Assembly (NCBI GenBank): GCA_001775445.1
Contig: MEWV01000002.1
Span: 1 to 35,319 of the forward strand
DNA from: Candidatus Adlerbacteria bacterium RIFCSPHIGHO2_02_FULL_54_18
GTDB taxonomy: Bacteria; Patescibacteriota; Minisyncoccia; Phycocordibacterales; SBAW01
Direction of reading: 5' to 3'
DNA length: 35,319 nt
Below are positions 26,772 to 34,336 of this stretch, one piece after another. Within the stretch, counting starts at the first letter, position 1. Every line of letters begins with the position of its first letter. Below the pieces are notes generated by a model that made no database searches, was not told the DNA's origin, and was given only the letters and a program-made list of their open reading frames with translations. The position numbers and the translations under genes were made by a program.

Positions 26772-29700
26772 ATGACAATTACCAACAGTTCACTCCGATT
26801 GGTTGCTCTCGTAACCGGCGTTGCAGTTGCTCTCGCTCTCATGGGCGCAGTAGCTATCGCTCCGGCACAGGCCGCAGGTCTTACGCAGACGCAGATCCAG
26901 TCGATCACTTCGCTCCTCGCGTCTTTTGGCGCTGATGCAGCGACTATCGCAAACGTAACAGCGGCCCTCAATGGCCAGGCAACCCCAGGTACCGGCGGCT
27001 CCGGCACCGGCGGCGCTTGTCCCGCGCTCTCTCGCTCGCTCCAGATGGGTAGCGACGGCGCAGACGTTAAAGCTCTCCAGGTGTTCCTCAACGGCAGCGC
27101 AACCACACAGGTTGCGTCCGCAGGTGCGGGCTCTCCTGGAAACGAGTCTACATACTTCGGCGGCCTCACCAAGGCGGCTGTCGTCAAGTTCCAGTCTGCT
27201 AATGGCGTCAGCGCCATAGGCATCGTCGGTCCTGCTACGCGCGCAGCTATCGCAGCTGTTTGCGGCGGCACTGGCACTGGAACCGGCACAGGAACTGGTA
27301 CGGGTACCGGAACCGGCACCGGCACGACAGGCGGTGCGATAACCGTCAGCGCGGGTGCGCAGCCAGTAAACTCGCTCGCAGTTGTGAGCGCCTCGCGCGT
27401 TCCGTTCACCACCTTCACCCTCACCAATAACTCCGGTGCGGCAGTGACGGTCAACAGCGTGACGGTCCAGCGCACTGGCCTCGGCGTTGACGCGAACTTC
27501 AGCGGTATCGTTCTCCTTGACCAAAACGGTCTCCAGGTAGGTACTAGCAAGACCCTCAACTCCAACCACCAGGTCAACATCGGCGACACCTTCACCATCG
27601 GTGCGGGCCAGTCGATGACCTTTACGGTTGCGGGCAACATCCAGACCGACGCAGGCGGCGCAGATGCCGGCCAGGTAGTTTCGCTCCAGGTTGTTGCCAT
27701 CAACACTTCGGCGACGGTCTCTGGCTCGCTCCCCATCACGGGCGCGTCCCACACCATCAACACAACCTTGACGCTCGGCTCGGTCTCCACGACGACCTCG
27801 TCGTTTGACCCAGGCGCGGCGCAGAGCAAGAACATCGGCGATGTTGATGTCCGCGTCTCCGGCCTCCGGTTTACTGCCGGGTCGGCCGAGGATCTAAAAC
27901 TCTACAGCGTTCGGTGGCGTCAGGTAGGCACCGCGTCTGCTTCCGACATCGCCAACGTGGTGAGCGTCGTTAACGGCGTCAGCTACCCCACGACTCTCTC
28001 CTCCGACGGCAAGTACTACACGACAATATTCCCCGGCGGTCTCTTGATCGTCAAAGGAAACTCGATAGACCTGTACAACAAAGTTGATCTCATTGGTTCC
28101 AACTCTGCTTCCCGCACGGTTGATCTCGACATCGACAAAGTGACGGATGTCTACTTTGTCGGCCAGACCTACGGTTATGGTGTCGCTCCTTCGGGCACCG
28201 CTACTCCGTGGTTCACCGGCTATGTCACGACCATCAACGCAGGCACGGTAACCACCATCGGCAAGGCCAATGAGGTTCAGGCGCAAAATATTGCGACTAA
28301 CATCAGCAACCAGCCGCTCGGCGGGTTTGCCACCGACTTCAAAGGTGAGGCGGTCTCGGTAACTTCGCTTCCCATCACTATCGCAACCAGCTCCGGCTTC
28401 ACCGGCGCGGGCGTGATAACCAGCATCTCAATCGTTGACCAGAACGGCGTCGTCGTCGCTGGTCCAGTTGATGAAGCGGCTACCTGCACCACTGGCTGTA
28501 CGGTAACCTTCACCGACACGATTACCTTCCCGGTTGGACGCCATGTCTACACCATCAAGGGTAAGATCAACTCCAGCGTAACCAACAACTCAACGGTTGT
28601 TGTTACCACGGTCCCCTCAAGCTGGAGCGGCGTTACCGGGCAGACTTCCGGCAACACAATCACCATCTCGACGGGCACCTTCGACATGAACACGATGACA
28701 GTTAAGGCGGCGGCACTCACTGTAGTGATGTCCACCTCTCCGTCCTCGCAGAACATCGTCGCGGGCGTGCAAGATGTAATACTCGGCCGCGTTCAGCTCA
28801 ACGCGTCGCAGTCGGGCGAAGACGTCCGCATGTCTTCAATCATCCTGACGCAGACCGGCACTATCGGGAACCTCAGTTCCTGCCGGCTCTTCAACGGTTC
28901 AACCCAGCTCAACTCGGGCGGCAACGTACCGTCCCTGGCGGCATCGGGCTCTGACACGACCTTCAGCTTTGACAACACGCTTGTCATCCCGAAGGGCACG
29001 GTTGTCTCGCTCGACATCAAGTGCAACGTCGCGGCTGGCTCAACCGGTACGCACATCTGGAGCGTCTCCGGCTCGGCAATCACCGCGACCGGCGAAACTT
29101 CAGGCGTCAACATCGCCGTGACTGAAACAGCAAGCTCCGGCGGTACGATGACTCTTGCTTCCGGTTCCCTTACGCTCTCGGTTGACTCTTCGTCTCCTTC
29201 CTACACTCCGGTGGCGGCAGGTACGACCGGAGTAGTTATGGGAGTCATCAAGCTCCGTCCGACCAACGAGGCACTTACCCTCAACAAACTTGGGTTGACC
29301 CTCACAACGAGCGGCGCGGCTAACTCCAACGGCGCCGGCGGCAGCACCAACAGCGGTACTTCCGACCTCCTCCAGGTCTACCTCTACAGCAGTGCGGGCT
29401 CCCTCATCGGTACGGCGACCTTCACCGGCGGTACGGCAACAACGACGGCGACTTCAACGCTCTCCACGCCTCTCGCTCTTGCTAAAGACGTAGACACGCT
29501 TATCACCGTCAAGGCGGACTTGGCCAACATTGGCACGAGCTTCCCAGGCGGTATCGGCGATAGCGTCAAGATTGACCCGCTCAACGCAGAGACGAGTGGA
29601 CAGTCCTCGGGTACAACCATCAGCGCGGCTACTGCCTCGGGCAATGTCGCAGGCGTACGCCTCTTCAAGTCCTATCCGACTCTGGCGCTTGATACGCTTG

Positions 29701-30269
29701 ACTCGACAGGAGTTGCCGACGGGCGCTTGATGCGCTTCAAGGTTACCGCTAACGCGGCTAACCCGGTCAGCATCTTCCACTTCGAGTTCAAGGTCTCTAC
29801 GACCACGGGTGTAACGGTTACGACCATCGGGCTCTACGCTTACTCTGACTCTTCTTACTCCTCGTCCATCTCGGGACAGGGTACCAGCGGTCAGATTGGC
29901 TCCAGCACCGATGCGCACATCAACGGCAACCAGTTCGTTATCGAGCCTGCCTCCACTCCGGTAGTCGTACCGGCTGGTCAGACTCGGTACTTCGAGCTCC
30001 GCGGCACCGTTACGGGCGCAGACACCGGCGACTCTATAGTGACCACGTTCCTTGGCGACGCGGCATACCCAACGGGCTCTGCAGAGATCCCCACAGGGTT
30101 CAACGTCTCCACCTCGAGCGTGGCCACCTCCTCGGCTCTCGGTAACGACAACTTCGTCTGGTCGGGTCAGTCCACCACGTCGTCCAGTTACAACGATCCG
30201 GATTGGAGCAACGGCTTCGGTCTTCCGGGCTTCCCCTCGGGCGGACTCATCAAGTCCCGAGGCATCTAA
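26772..30269 (+). CDS. large secreted cell-surface protein (S-layer/adhesin-like) with N-terminal peptidoglycan-binding module
   Basis: 1165 aa. It has a signal peptide ending APAQA|AG, a PG_binding_1-like segment (GADVKALQVFLN...SPGNESTYFGGLTKAAVVKFQ...GPATRAAI) and a (Gly-Thr)10 linker. About 950 aa of Thr/Ser/Gly/Val-rich beta sequence follows, with almost no Cys. Confidence 0.85.
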   Translation: MTITNSSLRLVALVTGVAVALALMGAVAIAPAQAAGLTQTQIQSITSLLASFGADAATIANVTAALNGQATPGTGGSGTGGACPALSRSLQMGSDGADVKALQVFLNGSATTQVASAGAGSPGNESTYFGGLTKAAVVKFQSANGVSAIGIVGPATRAAIAAVCGGTGTGTGTGTGTGTGTGTGTTGGAITVSAGAQPVNSLAVVSASRVPFTTFTLTNNSGAAVTVNSVTVQRTGLGVDANFSGIVLLDQNGLQVGTSKTLNSNHQVNIGDTFTIGAGQSMTFTVAGNIQTDAGGADAGQVVSLQVVAINTSATVSGSLPITGASHTINTTLTLGSVSTTTSSFDPGAAQSKNIGDVDVRVSGLRFTAGSAEDLKLYSVRWRQVGTASASDIANVVSVVNGVSYPTTLSSDGKYYTTIFPGGLLIVKGNSIDLYNKVDLIGSNSASRTVDLDIDKVTDVYFVGQTYGYGVAPSGTATPWFTGYVTTINAGTVTTIGKANEVQAQNIATNISNQPLGGFATDFKGEAVSVTSLPITIATSSGFTGAGVITSISIVDQNGVVVAGPVDEAATCTTGCTVTFTDTITFPVGRHVYTIKGKINSSVTNNSTVVVTTVPSSWSGVTGQTSGNTITISTGTFDMNTMTVKAAALTVVMSTSPSSQNIVAGVQDVILGRVQLNASQSGEDVRMSSIILTQTGTIGNLSSCRLFNGSTQLNSGGNVPSLAASGSDTTFSFDNTLVIPKGTVVSLDIKCNVAAGSTGTHIWSVSGSAITATGETSGVNIAVTETASSGGTMTLASGSLTLSVDSSSPSYTPVAAGTTGVVMGVIKLRPTNEALTLNKLGLTLTTSGAANSNGAGGSTNSGTSDLLQVYLYSSAGSLIGTATFTGGTATTTATSTLSTPLALAKDVDTLITVKADLANIGTSFPGGIGDSVKIDPLNAETSGQSSGTTISAATASGNVAGVRLFKSYPTLALDTLDSTGVADGRLMRFKVTANAANPVSIFHFEFKVSTTTGVTVTTIGLYAYSDSSYSSSISGQGTSGQIGSSTDAHINGNQFVIEPASTPVVVPAGQTRYFELRGTVTGADTGDSIVTTFLGDAAYPTGSAEIPTGFNVSTSSVATSSALGNDNFVWSGQSTTSSSYNDPDWSNGFGLPGFPSGGLIKSRGI
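27267..27326 (+). repeat. (Gly-Thr)x10 coding repeat linker
   Basis: ggc act ggc act gga acc ggc aca gga act ggt acg ggt acc gga acc ggc acc ggc acg. Synonymous codons vary between units. Confidence 0.9.
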
Positions 30270-30314
30270 CCTAGAGACAATAGGTTACGCTTAGCGGCGA
30301 CAACACTAAGCAAC

Positions 30315-30342
30315 AAAAAACCTCCCTTCGGGGAGGTTTTTT
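30315..30342 (+). terminator. rho-independent (bidirectional-looking) terminator
   Basis: aaaaaa cctccc ttcg gggagg tttttt. The stem is 30321-30326 / 30331-30336 with a UUCG loop. Confidence 0.85.
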
Positions 30343-30381
30343 GTTTGTGTGTATGCTTTTTACATCTCGAGCGTCTATAGG

Positions 30382-30387
30382 TATACT
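30382..30387 (+). promoter_or_regulatory. -10 box TATACT 7 nt upstream of ATG 30395
   Basis: tatact gtcgttt ATG. Confidence 0.35.
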
Positions 30388-30394
30388 GTCGTTT

Positions 30395-30907
30395 ATGACT
30401 GAAATCCAACGTAATCTTGCTGTAGGTATAGGAATCGCCGCGCTTCTTGGCGCGGGAGTATATTATTACGCCACTCGTAGCCCGTTGCCTGCTCCGGGCG
30501 GCCAAACGGCAACCAGCACTCCGACAATCGGCGGGATAGGGGCTACCGGCGACTACACCGTAGAGGAGGTTGAGATTGAGACTCCGCCGCCCACTATCAG
30601 GCCAGTCATCATAAGCGCCGACCTTTCGGCCGAGGCCAGGGCGGCCATAGTGGCTCACTTTGAGGAGAATAAAAAACTGCTTGCCAAGGACCCATACAAC
30701 TTCAACGCGTGGCTTGACCTCGCCATACTCTATAAGATAGGCGGCGATTATCGCGGGGCCGAAGCCATCTGGCTCTACGCAACCAAGGCCTGGCCCACGA
30801 GCCCCATTGCGTACAACAACCTAGGAGATTTGTACCAAAACTTCCTCAAGGACCCTCTAAAAGCGAAGTTCTACTACGACCAAGCGGCTAAACTCAAAAC
30901 TCCCTAG
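30395..30907 (+). CDS. membrane-anchored TPR-repeat protein
   Basis: ORF 30341.. trimmed to the ATG at 30395 (MTEIQRNLAVGIGIAALLGAGVYYY), which lies 7 nt after a TATACT box. The C-terminus has TPR-like repeats (AWLDLAILYKIGGDYRGAEAIW...AYNNLGDLYQNFLKDPLKAKFYYDQA). Confidence 0.75.
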   Translation: MTEIQRNLAVGIGIAALLGAGVYYYATRSPLPAPGGQTATSTPTIGGIGATGDYTVEEVEIETPPPTIRPVIISADLSAEARAAIVAHFEENKKLLAKDPYNFNAWLDLAILYKIGGDYRGAEAIWLYATKAWPTSPIAYNNLGDLYQNFLKDPLKAKFYYDQAAKLKTP

Positions 30908-30918
30908 ATAACGCTTAG

Positions 30919-30927
30919 TTATCCACA
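30919..30927 (+). promoter_or_regulatory. perfect DnaA-box 9-mer TTATCCACA
   Basis: ttatccaca at 30919-30927. It overlaps the right arm of a short hairpin, gataac-gctta-gttatc (30908-30924). It is a single box. Confidence 0.3.
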
Positions 30928-31019
30928 CCCCGTCTTAGCTAGGTGCTATTAGAAGCGTATACTTAGAGGCGTTATAGGGGCAGGTCTCTTTACTAGTATT
31001 TTATAGTTTTGCATTATTT

Positions 31020-31607
31020 ATGAAATTTTCTCTGCGTGGCACAGTGCGGCATATTGTACTCTCCGTACTCTCGGTTCTCGGCGGCGTAACTTTGGGCGCG
31101 GTGCTTGTCGGCGCGGCCACCACTATCAGCACCAATATTGCCACAGACGGTACACTGGCCATCACCAGCTCCTCCACTGTTCAGGCGCTCAACGTCGGCG
31201 GCGCTCTTTTGGCAAACGACACACTTAACGTGGTTGGTTCCTCGACCGTTCAGGCGTTAAATGTCGGCGGGGCGGGTATGCTCTCCTCCACGACCGCAAC
31301 AGGTCTTAAGGTCGGTCAGACCGGCACGCGCCACACTGGCATAATTTCCGGCTATTGCACCATAGCGGCGGCGGCACACACTGCCACGACCACCAAACAG
31401 TTTACCTGCGCGTCGGCGACCGGCATTACCACTTCTTACAAGGTGTTCGTACAATCAACCTCGTCTTTGCCCTCAATGTTCGTAATTCAATCCGCGACAT
31501 CTTCAACCGACGCTATTGAAGTGCGAATCTTCAACACAGGTCTCGGCACCACCACCGCTGGCGGTCTGGAGGGCCCAACATCACTCAACTTCTGGGCTGT
31601 CCTCTAG
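31020..31607 (+). CDS. secreted Thr/Ser/Gly-rich protein, unknown function
   Basis: 195 aa with an N-terminal hydrophobic segment (IVLSVLSVLGGVTLGAVLVGAA) and an internal duplicated motif SS(S)TVQALNVGGA x2. Confidence 0.6.
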   Translation: MKFSLRGTVRHIVLSVLSVLGGVTLGAVLVGAATTISTNIATDGTLAITSSSTVQALNVGGALLANDTLNVVGSSTVQALNVGGAGMLSSTTATGLKVGQTGTRHTGIISGYCTIAAAAHTATTTKQFTCASATGITTSYKVFVQSTSSLPSMFVIQSATSSTDAIEVRIFNTGLGTTTAGGLEGPTSLNFWAVL

Positions 31608-31628
31608 GGTTTGTAACGATTCATCATT

Positions 31629-32501
31629 ATGAAAAAGTTACTTACCCGAACAGGGATAGTCATTGCGCTCTTGCTTCCCTCGCTCGCGTTCGCGGCGTAT
31701 GACGACGTTACACTTACTACCGATACGGTACTGAGCGTCAATGGAGTGACGATGAACATAACAAGTTCAAGCGCCACAATGGAGACGCTTACCGTAAACT
31801 CAACCAACTTCTCCGTTAATGTTCTTTCGGGCTCCACGCTCACCGTTACAGCCGCGTCTCAAAAGGTCATGAGCATCTCCACGGAGCCGGTGGTGTCGGT
31901 GACGACAACATGTACCTCCTCTACCTCCTCGTTTACCTACACCGCCTCGGTCACCGCGACCATTACCGTTACACCCTCCTCTACTGCATGTCCTTTGACA
32001 ACCAGCTCTACTTCCTCCGGCGGCGGGGGTTCTCCAAGTCTCATCGGCGGCGGGGGTGGCGGCGGGGGTTCGTCGGCGCCCTCTACACCCGCGTCCACTC
32101 CTGCTTCGACACCAACGCCCTCAAACCCTGTCTCGGGACTCTCCTCTGTTCAGGTTGAGGCTATCCTTTCGCTCTTGGCATCGTTTGATGCCGATGCGGC
32201 GACTATAGCCAATGTCCGTGCGGCGCTCTATGGTCAGGCGAGCACGGGAACTGGTTCCTCGGTCAGCGCCTTCGTCCGCAATCTTGAGCTCGGCATGAGT
32301 GGCGCGGACGTCAAAGCCCTGCAGGTCTACCTCAACACGCATGGCTACGTTGTTTCGTCTTCAGGTCCCGGCTCACCGGGCAACGAGACGAGTAAGTTCG
32401 GCGGTGCCACCAAAGCGGCGCTCATCAAGTTCCAAAAAGCGATGGGCATCACGCCTGCGGTGGGCTACTTCGGACCCAAGACGCGAGCAGCGGCAAAATA
32501 G
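31629..32501 (+). CDS. secreted protein with Ser/Thr/Gly linker and C-terminal peptidoglycan-binding module
   Basis: 290 aa with signal peptide MKKLLTRTGIVIALLLPSLAFA. The C-terminus (SVQVEAILSLLASFDADAATIANVRAALYGQA...GADVKALQVYLN...GPGSPGNETSKFGGATKAALIKFQ...GPKTRAA) is paralogous to the N-terminal module of the 1165-aa protein. Confidence 0.8.
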   Translation: MKKLLTRTGIVIALLLPSLAFAAYDDVTLTTDTVLSVNGVTMNITSSSATMETLTVNSTNFSVNVLSGSTLTVTAASQKVMSISTEPVVSVTTTCTSSTSSFTYTASVTATITVTPSSTACPLTTSSTSSGGGGSPSLIGGGGGGGGSSAPSTPASTPASTPTPSNPVSGLSSVQVEAILSLLASFDADAATIANVRAALYGQASTGTGSSVSAFVRNLELGMSGADVKALQVYLNTHGYVVSSSGPGSPGNETSKFGGATKAALIKFQKAMGITPAVGYFGPKTRAAAK

Positions 32502-32523
32502 CCAACAACCGGATTTAAGTGAT

Positions 32524-32560
32524 AAAATAAATATCCAGGATCGTCCTGGATATTTATTTT
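32524..32560 (+). terminator. perfect 17-bp-arm palindrome (bidirectional terminator candidate)
   Basis: aaaataaatatccagga tcg tcctggatatttatttt, with arms 32524-32540 and 32544-32560. Confidence 0.65.
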
Positions 32561-32568
32561 AGGTACCT

Positions 32569-32991
32569 ATGGCTAAATGTAAATCAAAATATACGGTGGG
32601 TAACTATGCCTTGCGGGTAAGGCGCTCAAAAACCGGTAACGGGCTCTTTACCGAAGAGTTCATACCTAAAAGTGCATGCATTATAAAGTACACGGGTCGC
32701 CTCGTGGGTAAAGCCGAGCAATACAGTGATTCTGGTAAATATCTTTTTTGGGTTGGCAAAAATTCGATGATTAATGGCAACATCCCTTCCAATAAGGCGC
32801 GTTTCATCAACCACTCGTGCAAACCAAACTGCGAAGCGAGCGGCCCGAAGGGCCGCGTGTTCATCTCCGCCCTGCGCCGCATCAAAGCCGGGGAAGAACT
32901 AACCTACGACTATGGCGACGAATACTTCGAAAAGCACATCGCCCCCAAAGGATGCCGTTGCACCACCTGCACAATCAAGGACGGTCCTTGA
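32569..32991 (+). CDS. SET-domain protein (putative protein-lysine methyltransferase)
   Basis: 140 aa. YALRVRRSKTGNGLFTEEFIPKSACIIKYTG, RFINHSCKPNC, GEELTYDYG and a Cys cluster GCRCTTC are the SET core motifs. Confidence 0.85.
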   Translation: MAKCKSKYTVGNYALRVRRSKTGNGLFTEEFIPKSACIIKYTGRLVGKAEQYSDSGKYLFWVGKNSMINGNIPSNKARFINHSCKPNCEASGPKGRVFISALRRIKAGEELTYDYGDEYFEKHIAPKGCRCTTCTIKDGP

Positions 32992-32995
32992 TTGT
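32971..32995 (+). repeat. perfect palindrome copy 1 (REP / IS200-end-like hairpin)
   Basis: acaatcaaggac g gtccttgattgt, with 12-nt arms. It contains the last codons and the TGA stop (32989-32991) of the SET gene, and ends 16 nt before the transposase ATG. Confidence 0.9.
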
Positions 32996-33010
32996 GCTAA
33001 ACTGAGTTTA

Positions 33011-33706
33011 ATGCTCAGGGACAAGCCCTTCATAAACGGCGAAACATACCACCTCTTCAACAGAGGTGCCCATAAACAGACTATTTTTACAAACGAGGAA
33101 GACTACTGCCGTTTTTTAGTGCTTTTGTTTTTTTCAAACACTAAGGAGCGTGTCCAACTAGGAAATCTCCTGCAAAATCAAGGACGGTCCTTGATTAGTC
33201 TTTTAGGGGAGGATGTCGACCAATCCTTGGTTGATATTTTTTCCTATACTCTGATGCCTAACCATTTTCATTTGGTGATAAGGCAAAAAGCCGACGACGG
33301 TGTTTCCAAGTTTATGAGGAAGCTCGCCACAGCATACTCTATGTACTTCAATATTAAATACGACCACAGTGGAGTCTTATTTCAAGGACGTTTCAAGAGC
33401 AGGCATATAGGAAATGAAGCTTATTTTCGGTACATATTTGCTTATGTGCACTTGAATTCACTTGATTTGTTTGAACCTGGTTGGGAGGAGCAAGGATTAA
33501 AAAACCTTGATGGGGCTAGGCAATATGTAAATTCCTACCGGTACTCTAGTTTTTTTGATTATGTTGGCAATGACCGCCCCGAAAAAGCATTATTATCCTT
33601 GAGCCAAGCGCCAGAGTTTTTAACGACGCAGAATGACTTGGAAGCATTACTCCAGTCTTTCAATCAAGGACAGTCCTTGATTGTGGATGTGGATAGAAAA
33701 GGGTAA
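33011..33706 (+). CDS. Y1 HUH transposase, IS200/RAYT-like
   Basis: ORF 32912.. trimmed to the ATG at 33011 (MLRDKPFINGETYHLFNRG). HUH motif in YTLMPNHFHLVIR, then GVLFQGRFKSRHI and a Tyr-containing helix YFRYIFAYVHLNS. Confidence 0.82.
   Translation: MLRDKPFINGETYHLFNRGAHKQTIFTNEEDYCRFLVLLFFSNTKERVQLGNLLQNQGRSLISLLGEDVDQSLVDIFSYTLMPNHFHLVIRQKADDGVSKFMRKLATAYSMYFNIKYDHSGVLFQGRFKSRHIGNEAYFRYIFAYVHLNSLDLFEPGWEEQGLKNLDGARQYVNSYRYSSFFDYVGNDRPEKALLSLSQAPEFLTTQNDLEALLQSFNQGQSLIVDVDRKG
33176..33196 (+). repeat. perfect palindrome copy 2, inside the transposase ORF
   Basis: aatcaaggac g gtccttgatt. It shares the 5' flank cctgcaNaatcaagg with copy 1 and is translated as QNQGRSLIS. Confidence 0.9.
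33661..33683 (+). repeat. perfect palindrome copy 3, near the 3' end of the transposase ORF
   Basis: caatcaaggac a gtccttgattg. It is translated as NQGQSLIV, in the same frame as copy 2. Confidence 0.9.
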
Positions 33707-33730
33707 CCGTGGTGGTACAATCTGAAGAAT

Positions 33731-34336
33731 ATGAAGAGATCGCTGAGCGTTGTGTGGTGGTGGGTACGTTGGCCGTTGATGGTGCTTGGGTTTTTGTATG
33801 CCGTCTTAGTCGGCTTTCGAACCTTTATGCTTTTTGACGAGGAGAAGACGGCCGAGGCGGTCGCTGCCATACATGCGCAGCGCATTACGCTTGCCGATGT
33901 AGAGGGGGCAAACTTGCCGCCGGTTCCTGACGAATCCGAAAACAATGCGACGGTGGCGGGTGTCGACACAAACAACAACGGCGTTCGCGACGACGTCGAG
34001 CTGGCAATCTTTAAAAAATACCCCAATTCCGCCAAAATCCGCGCAGCGGAGTTGCAGTATGCGATGGCTTTACAGTTGATGCTGACTAGCGTATATAATA
34101 CCGAAACCTGGATTGCTGCCGCAGTAGAGACTTCTCGCGGAGCTGCTTGTATTGGAGAGACTGTATTTAATAAAGACCTGAGCGTCTACCGGGGCCGGAT
34201 TGAAGAAGTAGAAGAAATGGTAACGAATACTTCTGAGCGACAACATGCAGAGGATAGGGCGTATAACTTTACTACCAGTTATGGTCTTCCTAATACTGAG
34301 CTATGCAACATAGGTTTAGACACATTGCCCAATTAG
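33731..34336 (+). CDS. membrane-anchored hypothetical protein
   Basis: 201 aa with an N-terminal TM helix (VVWWWVRWPLMVLGFLYAVLVGF). I recognise no family. Confidence 0.55.
   Translation: MKRSLSVVWWWVRWPLMVLGFLYAVLVGFRTFMLFDEEKTAEAVAAIHAQRITLADVEGANLPPVPDESENNATVAGVDTNNNGVRDDVELAIFKKYPNSAKIRAAELQYAMALQLMLTSVYNTETWIAAAVETSRGAACIGETVFNKDLSVYRGRIEEVEEMVTNTSERQHAEDRAYNFTTSYGLPNTELCNIGLDTLPN

Noticed and set aside
27267-27326. The Gly-Thr repeat as a slippage-prone microsatellite or phase-variation site
   Set aside because: Synonymous codons differ between units (ggc/gga/ggt and act/acc/aca/acg), so the DNA is not a perfect tandem repeat. It is more likely a flexible linker.
26750-27835. 361-aa and 320-aa minus-strand ORFs (with a PVPVPV run)
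   Set aside because: They are antisense to the 1165-aa surface-protein gene. The PV repeat is the reverse reading of the Gly-Thr linker.
23349-30927. oriC based on DnaA boxes
   Set aside because: There are only two boxes, 7.5 kb apart. There is no cluster, no adjacent AT-rich unwinding element, and no dnaA or dnaN nearby.
32971-33683. The three palindrome copies as a CRISPR array
   Set aside because: Only three copies are present, with irregular spacing (205 and 485 bp). The repeats are perfect palindromes lying inside protein-coding sequence, and no cas genes are nearby.
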